In this document: in pieces, positions 25,815 to 36,481 of the stretch
Layout of the letters: each line of letters begins with the position of its first letter
How positions within the stretch are numbered: position 1 is the stretch's first letter
DNA from: Octopus vulgaris
Lineage: Eukaryota
DNA: 64,000 bases
Assembly: GCA_951406725.2 (NCBI GenBank)
Contig: OX597824.1
Span: 38,502,001-38,566,000, forward strand
Direction of reading: 5' to 3'
Made by a program: the position numbers and the translations under genes
Notes under the pieces: generated by a model
Database searches by the model: none
The model's input: only the letters and a program-made list of their open reading frames with translations
What the model was told of the DNA's origin: nothing

Positions 25815-26237
25815 ACTTTCAAGTTATTCAACAGGATTAGAAAAAAAAACTAAAATATATCTTTGTTCAGGTAAAACCAAAAACATTTACGAAACTGATA
25901 CTGGCAGATGCCATAGACATATTTCTATTGATATCACTAACTCGAGAATACATCATGCTATAAATTTGGTAGAAAAATAAATATCCTACGCCATAAAAAT
26001 ATACTCTACAGTTGCATCCTTAGTGTTAAAAGTAACATACGTTGTATTTAAAGATCATAAACATAATTTCTTTACGCAGGAATGGCTGTGTTGTAAGTAG
26101 CTTGCTTACCAGCCACATGGTTCCGGCTTCAGTCCCACTGCGTGGCACCTTGGGCAAGTGTCTTCTACTATAGCCTCGGGCCGACCAAAGCCTTGTTAGT
26201 GGATTTGGTAGACAGAAACTGAAAGAAGCCCGTCGTA

Positions 26238-26312
<75 letters not shown>

Positions 26313-27962
26313 GCGGTTCGGCAGGAGAGACCGATAGAATAAGTACTAGGCTTATGTGTGTGTATGTGTGTGTATGTGTGTGTGTGTGTGTCTATGTTTG
26401 TGTGTCTGTGTTTGCCCCCCCCCCCCGCCCAACATCGCTTGACAACCGATGCTGGTGTGTTTACGTCCCCATCACTTAGCGGTTCGGCAAGAGAAACCGA
26501 TAGAATAAGTACTAGGCTTACAAAGAATAAGTCCTGGGGTCGATTTGCTCGACTAGATGCTGTGCTCCAGCATGGCCCCAGTCAAATGACTGAAACAAAT
26601 AAAAGAAGAAAAAGAAGAACCCCAAAGGCAGAAGAATAAATCCGGCACCAAATGAAATGGAGTCGGCAAAGATATTTCAGATTCCATCATTTTTGACAAT
26701 ACACAGATCACTTGTTTTTTCCTATGAGGTAATACTTTGCCTGTCATCAAAAGCGAGTGAAAAAAAAGATAAATAATCTGGAACAGATCTCACCTCAATG
26801 GAGCTATCGTTGCGAACTAAGTCAGGATCTCAGGATCTTTTAATTTCTAATCAGCATCTTTATAAACGTCAAGCTTTTAATGCGCACAATGTTAAGACGA
26901 AAATCTCTTGCTTAGATAATACTTCTTCCACTATTGAACGTTGCAACAGAAAATCAAACTGTCACCAAAAAGATTATTACCTTCTACATCTATTGCCGTA
27001 ATAATGCTAACCCGAACTTCTCAGGATTTACAATCAATTACTGCAAATAAAAGTTTATCAGCATACGCAATTGTTTATAACATGAAAAATTTCACCGCGC
27101 TATTTCGTTTTGTCTGGACGCTATAAGGTTTGGGAAATACCTTTTCTGTTATACAATTAAAAACAGTGTCGCTATCTATTCATATTTCACAGAGTAAATT
27201 GTCTATCATCATGATAAAGACTAAAATCTAGCGAGGGGAATCTGTATCGAAGTAGCTATAAGTTGTTCAATCATATCAAATAAAAAGAAACTCAACCTTA
27301 TCATAGGGATCCAATGGTACCATGATCAATAACCGGTCACTGAAGTTAATACAAAATCATAGTAAGATAACAAATATTTCCTAAGGTGTATAATATTATT
27401 GTCGAAATCACTACTTGGCGTAAAATCCCAACCAAATTTTACTGAATAAGGGATTTGGTTATAAACTGATAGAACTCTCTTATATCGAACGGCATAAATT
27501 TACAAAGATGTTTTTTTTTTTTTTTTATCTTTTTAGTGAATATTTTTATGACACATAAACTATTTCTCCATAACGAAAAATAAGTAATCTGTTTATAGTA
27601 AAACAAATGCCAAAATCTAAAATATTTTTGCTGACTTGACTTCATTTGGTGCGAAATATATTCATCTACATGGGGTCAGTAATAACATTATCTTTATGAT
27701 CTTTAAATATCATGTATGATGCTTGTATCCCTAAAGAAGCAACAGTATCGTCTATTATTATGGTGCAGGGTATTTATTTTTCTGCTAAATTAATTGCATG
27801 AGTTAGTTTTCTTGGGGGTATTTGTGATATTGATTGAAGGATATCTACGGTTTGTGCAACTATCAGTTTCGTATATATTTTTGGCTTTGCCTGAAGAAAT
27901 AAGAATACATTTTGAAATTTAAAAACATTTTGTTTAATTTTTTGTAAATTATCTTGAAAGTT
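25815..27962. mobile_element. Old foldback/TIR-type element with ~430-bp diverged inverted arms
   Basis: The reverse complement of 25815-26066 aligns with 27685-27962, and that of 26618-26772 aligns with 27522-27678. The left arm is interrupted by a SINE. Confidence 0.65.
26075..26612 (+). mobile_element. SINE family B with an internal ~45-bp duplication
   Basis: Family B head, body and tail. TAGCGGTTCGGCA..GAGA.CCGATAGAATAAGTACTAGGCTTA occurs at ~26311 and ~26477. Confidence 0.88.
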
Positions 27963-28107
27963 ACTGGATGATATTTACATTATATAAATTTAGAAACTTC
28001 CAGAAAACTGAAGTAAATTATTTTCTTTTTACAGCGGAACTGGGAGTAGATAAAGCTATAATAGCACATAGAACATCGGGTTTTCATCTACTTGTATATG
28101 ACAGCAT

Positions 28108-28743
28108 CATTAGCGCTACGGACAAAGCGCTTAGTAGCATTTCGTCCGTCTTTACGTTCTGAGTTCAAATTCCACAAGGTCGACTTTGCCTTTCATCTCT
28201 TAGGGGTCGAGAGAATAGGTACCAGAATAGGTATCAAGGCGGCGAGCTGACAGAAATGTTAGCACGCCGGGCGAAATGCTTTACAGAATTTCGTCCGCCG
28301 TTACGTTCTGAGTTCAAATTCCACCGAGGTCGTCTTTGCCTTTCATCCTTTCGGGGTCGATAAATTAAATACCAGTTACGCACTGGGGTCGATGTAATCG
28401 ACTTCATCCTTTTGTCTGTCCTTGTTTGTCCTCTCTGTCTTTAGCCCCTTGTGGGTAGTAAAGAAATAGGTATTTAGTCTGCCGTTACGTTGTGAGTTCA
28501 AATTCCGCCGAGGTCGACTTTGCCTTTCATCCTTTCGGGATCGATAAATTAAGTACCAGTTACGCACTGGGGTTGATGTAATCGACTTCATCCCTTTGTC
28601 TGTCCTTGTTTGTCCCCTCCGCGTTTAGCCCTTTGCGGGCAATAAAGAAATAAGAAATAAGAATAGGTACCAGTTGCGCATTGGAGTCAATGTAATTGAC
28701 AATACCTCTCCTCCAAAATTTCAAACCTGCGTTTATAGTAGAA
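28108..28743 (+). mobile_element. Nested/tandem SINE family A array
   Basis: Three family A bodies; Tx1-like tails are fused directly to internal SINE positions, and the last piece carries the alternative tail. Confidence 0.85.
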
Positions 28744-28766
28744 CGTGACTTAAGGGTTACACGTTC

Positions 28767-28767
<1 letters not shown>

Positions 28768-28845
<78 letters not shown>
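28768..28845 (+). repeat. (AGT)n microsatellite
   Basis: Pure AGT run. Confidence 0.95.
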
Positions 28846-28846
<1 letters not shown>

Positions 28847-29148
28847 TTTGTTGTTGTTGAGCCCTCGACCATTCCTATCCCAGTTGTTTCGTAGCTGAAA
28901 TTGTGTGAAGGTTATTTTGATGTTATTGTCGCCATCGTTACAATCGTCGTCGTCGTCATCGTCATCGTCTTCGTCGTCTTTGTCGTTGCTGTTGTTGTTC
29001 TTGCTGTTATTGCAGCTCGTGATGATGGTGTTGTATTTTTGTAGTTGTTATTGTTTGTGTTAAACCTGTTGTTGATACAGATGTAGGGGGTTGTAGTTTC
29101 TATCACAGTACTCACACCTAAATACGCGCGAATGTGTTTGTGTGCGAG

Positions 29149-29180
<32 letters not shown>

Positions 29181-29244
29181 TGTATGTATATTATACATAG
29201 AGAGATAGATAGATACATTGATATACATATATATTTATATATAC

Positions 29245-29298
<54 letters not shown>

Positions 29299-29452
29299 GG
29301 GGAGAGGGAGAGCTATATACATATATCTTTATATATACAACATAATTATGTGTGTATATATATATATATATATAAATATATATATGTGTGTGTGTGCACA
29401 TATATAGGTATGTATACACACATACGCACATGTATATATGTATATGCATATG

Positions 29453-29533
<81 letters not shown>

Positions 29534-30453
29534 ATATACACACATGCAAATACGTATATGTATGTGTATGGATCTATATGTTTCATTAAATACACGACTA
29601 TGTACACACATACACACTCCAACACACACATTCACGCACACAAACATACATGTATATAGAGAGAGAATAGACAGAGCTGGAAAGAAAAGGAGAGAGAGCA
29701 AATGATAGATAAAAAAAAAGGAACGACAAAAAAGTGAAAGAAGGGAAGAAGTAATGCAAGCAAGGAATTAAGAGTGGTAGGTAAGTAGGTATGTAGGTAG
29801 GTAACCGATGTTGGCCGTTTATATTAGCCAGCATATTCCGGCTCTACTGTCGTCTGCTATTCAACATTGACAGGCTTTCTGACAGTAATTGGATGGAGGT
29901 TATTAAAAAGTTCAAAGCGACCACCATCTCGGGTAGATTATCAAAGCAAGCACGAATGAAAATACCCAACCATCCAATAATACTTATTCAACTGGATCAG
30001 TTTTATTTTGTTTTATCTTTTATAATTTGTTTTCAATGATTTTTTTTTTTTTTGTCTTTTTGTCGTTTTTGTTGCCCGGGATGGGAAGACAATAACGAAA
30101 AATCACACGCATCATGCATCCCCTTCGCACGCACTCGTCCGCTGTCCGTGTATTGGTAGCGTGTGAGGCTTATGTAGGAGGGTTATTTTTCCGCAAATCA
30201 TGATCGTTCTGATTGTCAATGGAATCCATCACCCAGAATGTTGCATTGCCACCTGTCTTTTAGCGACGACATTCGGGATGTTTAACCCTGCCTGGCGATG
30301 GCTAAGCCCGTCCCCTCCCTCCCGCCACCACATACACTCCCTCCCACACGGACAAGTTGGAAATTATAAACAAAAATAAAACAAATGAATATCGCCAAGA
30401 GGAAGAAAAAGGTGCTAACGTCAGATCTTTTACGCTTTGACGCAACCCTCGAC

Positions 30454-30500
<47 letters not shown>

Positions 30501-30501
<1 letters not shown>

Positions 30502-30967
30502 GAGTGAGAGAGCAGCGCATGCCATCAAAGTGACACGGGGGTAAAATATACGAAGCCCGATATTCCCATCATGTCTGATAAAGGTTTACCAGGCACATGC
30601 ATTACAACCATATGTGTGCGATATGGTGACCTCATATCAAGATAATCAGCGCATGACCTTGTAGGTGGGGTCCAGTTAGAATTTTCTTCTGGTCGAGTAG
30701 CCCATCCCGCTCAAAAGGTCCTTAAATAAGGGTTGTTGAAGGATGTTGTATGAAACACCCATTTTTCCAGGGGTGAATTATTCAAACCCCAAAGAATTCC
30801 TTTCGGCACATGGTTATGATGCTCACCCACTACTTCTGCCCGTGATCAGAAATGCACATATTGTCAGCCACTAAGAGACATGCTCAACTGGTTGTGGTCA
30901 AACAACTGACAAACAAATCTGTGGTATTGAACAGAATAATTGCTGTAATTGCTGTAGCCCATCTTTT
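30501..30967 (-). mobile_element. Repeat family D, long copy
   Basis: Colinear with 57722-58204 and abuts (TTA)n. Confidence 0.8.
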
Positions 30968-31073
30968 GCACGAAGATGGTGTGTACACCACCAATACACA
31001 CACGAGCAATGTAATAAATATTTCAAAAAATAGGCCTACCTTCAAGATGGAATATGAAGGCAGCTGATACATA

Positions 31074-31135
31074 TTCCAATATCAATTGATTTCATACTGT
31101 GCATGAGAAACGTGCTTTGCAATCATCAGTTGGAA
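31074..31135 (-). ncRNA. Type-I hammerhead ribozyme-like motif
   Basis: Minus strand reads TTCCAA CTGATGA ttgcaaagcacgtttctcatgcacagtat GAAA TCAATTGA TA TTGGAA: 6-bp stem I, palindromic stem III (ATCAATTGAT), imperfect stem II. Confidence 0.65.
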
Positions 31136-31324
31136 ATAGTATGTATTAGCTGCCTTCATATTCTATCCTGAAGGTAGGCCTATATTTGATAAGATTCATT
31201 ACATTGTTCATGTGTGTATCGATCGTAGAATTGGTGGGGTTTTTTAAAAACTTTCGCTTTGATTTTTGGCAAGCGGTATCTTTACCCTTCTTTTCTGCAA
31301 ATATTTTATATTATACCTGTTTAG

Positions 31325-31690
31325 TAATAATAATAATAATGAAATTATTGTATACAGTGCTCAGGTGCACCACAACTTGTCAGAAAGTGCATATAAAGTA
31401 CATGCAGTAATGTAGAAATGTCTGGAAAGTGAACATGCTTGTGTGTGTATGGAGGGGAGAAAATCAGGTGTAGTGTTGGCGAATCTCAGGAAGCATGGAA
31501 GTCTTGAAGGATGCAGTGCTCCGACAACTAACAACCGATGCTGGCAGTTTGTTCCACGCTTCAGCAACTCTCAGCGTGAAAAAATGTTTCCTGAAGTCAT
31601 GGGAGCTGTGCTGTTTTCTTACTTTGTAAATATGTCCACGGGTGTTAGATGGGTGGAGTTTGAAGAGAAGTCTTGCTAGCCACCTCATTA
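31325..31690 (-). mobile_element. CR1-type LINE 3' end
   Basis: SNTRGHIYKVRKQHSSHDFRKHFFTLRVAEAWNKLPASVVSCRSTASFK is the CR1 C-terminal TRGH...FFxxRVxxxWNxLP motif; short UTR and (ATT)n tail follow. Confidence 0.88.
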
Positions 31691-32081
31691 TAACTGTTTT
31701 AAACAGTAATAATACTCCACATATCTACTTGCTTATTGTTTACCATATTTTTTCTCTTTAAACAGAGCGGGATGTTTAAAGTTAGAAACTCATACGAGTT
31801 GGCGTAATGAATATTTTAGAAAGAGATGTCAAATACTATTTCTAACTGAGGATTGCAAAGCATGTTTCTCATGCACAGCATGACATTATTTGATATTGGG
31901 GTATATATTACACTACCTTCAAATTCCATCCTGAAGGTAGGCTTAATTTTTAAAAATATTCATTGCATTGCTCGTGTGTGTATATATCGTAGAATTGGTG
32001 GTTTTTTAAGCTTTCGCTGTGATTTTTAGCAAGCGGTATCTTTACCCTTCTTTTCTTCAAATATTATATATATGTATATAT

Positions 32082-32154
<73 letters not shown>

Positions 32155-32157
32155 ACA

Positions 32158-32297
32158 CTTTATTTAAAAGCAGCAGCAATATAACAAAAGCTGTTGCTCA
32201 GAGTTTCACGCTCCCGTTAAAAAAAACTGTCCAACGAACAGGAACGTGAAACTCTGAGTAACAGCTTTTGTTATATTTCTACTGCTTCGAAATAAAG
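32158..32297. repeat. Hairpin of ~60-bp inverted arms overlapping a decayed hammerhead motif
   Basis: 32158-32218 pairs with 32237-32297. Plus strand 32227-32264 reads CTGT ccaacga acaggaacgt GAAA CTCTGAG TA ACAG. Confidence 0.75.
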
Positions 32298-32791
32298 CAT
32301 ATTACTCTACCTCTGGTATTTGAGTACTCTTTTTTCCACCTTGTTTCACATTTATGTGCTTACTCCGTGCATTTATGTGCATAAATGTTTCACATGTATG
32401 TGCTTATATATGTATATATATTATTTTATTTTATTCTTAATTTGCATATTGATGTGTATTGTTTTGTTCGATTTTCATGTTCCTATTTGTATAATTAATA
32501 AATAATATGAAATTTTAATATCCGTAAGTTGGTGATCGAAATGAATTTGTTCCTCCTTTTTCTTATTTGTATTATGAATTTACGGTAAAATATTTTTTAC
32601 CCTCACCCATTCAATACAATAAATGAATTAATTGCATTGCAATTATAAGCATTTATGTATTTAGTATTTGGGTACGTCACCAGCAGTATATTGGATAACT
32701 GATATCCCATAGTAGGTTACCCTCATAACCCCTTAGTTTGTACTATATATATATATATATAAAATAATATGTTACAATTACTCAATAGTCA

Positions 32792-32854
32792 AGATAAAAC
32801 TCCGAGTTTCAGATGCTGAAGTGGAAATCCACAACACCATCTCTTCGGTTATCT
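32792..32854 (-). ncRNA. Hammerhead-like motif with long stem II and one core substitution
   Basis: Minus strand reads AGATAA CCGAAGA GATGgTG ttGTGGatttCCACtt CAgCATC t GAAA CTC-g-GAG TT TTATCT. Confidence 0.6.
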
Positions 32855-33391
32855 GGCCATCTGAAAAAACGCTATGAAAAAATACCGTTATATAAAGGGA
32901 AATTACTGTGTTATAATTCTGCTACTTATATAAAATAAGATTAAAATTTCATAGTAAAACACGTAAATATGGCTAGTCATACGCTCACATGTGCGCTCGC
33001 GAACCTACGTGCGTACTTATACGTCACTATGAAAACGTACACATCTTCACTCGCATTTTTCGCCAAATATATACGCATATATATACAACCTCATACACAC
33101 ACACATGCGTACTTTAAAAGTTCATACATACGTCAATATACGCACAAGCACAAGAAAAACCATGGTTAAAGGTAACAGAAAAAAAAAACATAAGGAAGTA
33201 TACAAAGCAAAAAAACCACATTCATATACGGACATGCCCTTATGCACTCATACACACACACGCCCATATATGTACATACCCGCACATGTTTATATACGCA
33301 TACATGCACACGCATATACGAAAAATGAATATACATATGCCTCCCCCCACCAAAAAAAACCTTAAAAAATGGAAAAATACTAAGTAAAAAC

Positions 33392-33428
<37 letters not shown>

Positions 33429-34014
33429 TTCTTATGCCCACACACACGCACACATCTAAAACTGCCCACTCATACATATTCACACACGTGTACAAATGAA
33501 TCTATATACACATCTATATAGGCACAGGAAAAAATGCAGGATAGAAAAGTACAGAAAAAATTATGTGTGAAAATATAAAAATATATGAAATAATAAAAGG
33601 TATAATGAGATAAAAAAAACTTTTTGGGACATAATATAGAAAGCAAGTTCTATCTGTTTTCTTTAGGGGACCAAAAACGTAACAAAAATTTTGTCACATG
33701 TGGGCATGATCCGAAAAGTTATGTCCTTGAGTTTAGACATGTAGTAGGGTCTAAGCTGCTTTTCCAGATAAGCCACCTCTTTAATTCTTTTATTCTTGTA
33801 CTTGTTTCAGTCATTTCACCGCTTTTAGTCGAACAAATCGACTCGACCCCTGGACTTCATCTTCGTAAGCCTAGTACTTATTCTATCGGTAGTTACGGGG
33901 ACGTAAACACACCAACATCTGTTGTCAAGGGATGATGGGGGGGGACAAACACAGACATATACATACATATATATATACATACATATATATATATATACAT
34001 ATATACATACATAC

Positions 34015-34083
<69 letters not shown>

Positions 34084-34570
34084 CATATATATATACGATG
34101 TTTTACTCTTCCGCTCATTTCATTGCTACATTTTGAATTTAATTCTACTTAAATCATCCATAACTTTTGTATTATCCTCTCAAATTACACCAAAATCTCA
34201 GACAATAACAAATAATATCGTATTTATTGTTTGTGAAAATTATGGAATATAAAACAACTTTGATAAAAACTTATATCTACTTTTCTGACGAAAACAATGC
34301 CGTTCTGAACATTTTGGCCGCAACTGTATATATATCAACGACCTCGAACCCACAAGAGTAAACAAGAGAGACAGAGACAGGCAGAAACAAGAAAAATGCC
34401 AATTGTATTTGAACACTATGCAAATATTCTTTTAAAAATATTTTCTTTTAATTTTTCCAAAATTTAATTGTTTTCCATACTTACAGTGGCAAAAGTCTCA
34501 ATGACTGAAACCGGTACTGAAATGCTTTTTATAAAATTATTTTAGCATTTTCTATATTGACTTTTTTTTC

Positions 34571-34627
<57 letters not shown>

Positions 34628-34801
34628 TATATATATATGTGTGTGTGTGTATATATGTGTGTGTGTGTATATATATAGTGTTGGCCAAAAGTCCACTGAC
34701 AATAAATTATTTAATAAATCATTTAATTCGAAGATTTATTTATGTCTAACAACTAAATGAATTTAATAAAAGCATCTAAATACGAAGCATCATGAAAATG
34801 G

Positions 34802-34906
<105 letters not shown>

Positions 34907-35121
34907 GCATATGTGCGCGGGCGCAAGTCTGGAGAGATATATTATCCGGGCAGATATCGTATTTGCTGTCAGTTAAGTTCCAATTAACGGCTAACCACTT
35001 CGATCGGTATTTAACGTCCGTGATTACTATCTGTTTCTAGTCACTCCGTGAATTCCTCAGATGCATAATTTCCTGTAGTCTTTGCCGGACGGTAGAAATT
35101 GACTGGAGTATATATCATTAT

Positions 35122-35297
35122 TAATAATAAAGCGTGTGGAGACTTGTACATCCACAAAATTTATTTTATAATTTTATACACCATATTATAATGGCCTACA
35201 GTCGAGACACGTGTAGGTGCATATAACTATATAATATGCTGTATATAACTATAAAATAAGTTTTGTGGATGAACAAGTGTCCATACTCATTATTATT
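35122..35297. repeat. Inverted repeat with a hammerhead remnant in the spacer
   Basis: 35134-35190 pairs with 35230-35286. The spacer ATGGCCTACAGTC GAgA CACGTG TA resembles the 3' half of a hammerhead. Confidence 0.7.
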
Positions 35298-35320
35298 ATT
35301 ATCATTATTATTATTATTAT

Positions 35321-35505
35321 TCAGTAGTTTTATTTTTATAGCGTGCTTTCACTTCACTACCGAGCGCAGCTCTGTGTGCCTTGGGTATGTGCTGTGATTT
35401 GTTGTGATGCTCTGATGGTTATTGTATGGAAAGTGTTCTGCGTAGGATGTGTGCAGTGCCTAGTAGTGCAATTTTCTGTATGTTATGTGTTTGTAAGTCC
35501 TGGTG
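35321..35505 (-). mobile_element. R4/Dong-type 3' end fragment
   Basis: Minus strand TPGLTNT..IQKIALLGTAHILRRTLSIQ*, then a 3' UTR ending at (AAT)n. GTAHILR also ends the element at 39090-40447. Confidence 0.8.
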
Positions 35506-35734
35506 TTATATGTGTTTGTAAGTCCTGGTTGTTATATGTGTTTGTAAGTCCTGGTGTTATATGTGTTTGTAAGTCCTGGTTGTTATATGTGTTTGTAAGT
35601 CCTGGTGTTATATGTGTTTGTAAGTCCTGGTTGTTATATGTGTTTGTAAGTCCTAGTTGTTATATGTGTTTGTAAGTCCTGGTTGTTATATGTGTTTGTA
35701 AGTCCTGGTGTTATATGTGTTTGTAAGTCCTGGT
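35482..35734. repeat. Minisatellite of ten 25/26-bp units GTTATATGTGTTTGTAAGTCCTGGT(T)
   Basis: GTAAGTCCT recurs 10 times at 25-26 bp spacing; units are nearly identical and have no spacers. Confidence 0.92.
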
Positions 35735-35746
35735 TTATTATTATTA

Positions 35747-35811
<65 letters not shown>

Positions 35812-36481
35812 TTTTGTAGCTGTTGTTGTTGACACTGGACGCTCCAAGTAAGTTTGTTTTTAAAACATTTGTTTATACCAGTTTGGTGACGCTGTTTCAT
35901 TGTGCTTTTGTTTCAACTTGTTAACAGAAACACCACCAACCCATTACCGGTTATTCTGTGCTTCTTTAGCCCCTCGCGGGGCCATATTCGGTCCACCAAA
36001 TGAGTTCGGTGGGCTTGTGATCACTTACAATTCAACAAGATGGTGGATCGCATCTTAAAAGAGTCAAGAAAGAATACTACCCCTCCTGCAGTTTTAGTAA
36101 CTGATGCAGATTTCCCTCCCTTCCTTCCCTTACTGGCAATAATACATGAGAGGGGGAGAAGAAAAGTGAGGGTGTAAAAGTACGCAGTTACAGCAGAAGC
36201 AACATGGACATCGTCAGCACTAGCGGCAGCAGTGCCAGCGGCAGTGGTGGCGGCGGCAGCGGTAGTACTTGTTGTAACAACAACTACAATGCGAGAAACA
36301 GCAACAGCAGCAGCAGCGGTGGCAGAAACAATAGTAGCAGAGATAGTGTTTTCTTTAAAAATGCAACGGATTTTAGTAGAAAAAAAAAGTAATGCTAACA
36401 TCGAAGGCGGAGAGGGGGAAAATAGCGGTGACGGTGGTGGTGGGAATGGCAACGGTAAAAGTGACCACAATTGAGGTTCTC

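Larger units (their letters stand above)
30990..32070. mobile_element. Cluster of three partial PLE pseudo-LTR-like copies (one inverted), split by a CR1-like insertion
   Basis: ~30995-31142 is the reverse complement of ~31832-31980, and 31140-31312 is a direct partial copy of 31902-32068. Hammerhead motifs at 31074-31135 (-) and 31838-31900 (+). Confidence 0.7.

Noticed and set aside
35020-35064. Minus-strand CTGAGGA...GAAA...GTA
   Set aside because: Stem I is only 2 bp and stem III is poor; it could be chance.
35482-35734. CRISPR-like regular repeat
   Set aside because: Units are contiguous with no unique spacers, there are no cas genes, and the context is eukaryotic. It is a minisatellite.
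36021-36474. Ala/Gly/Ser-rich ORFs suggesting a low-complexity exon
   Set aside because: Degenerate (GCA)/(GGT)/(ACA) triplet repeats open in several frames, with no recognisable domain or splice evidence.
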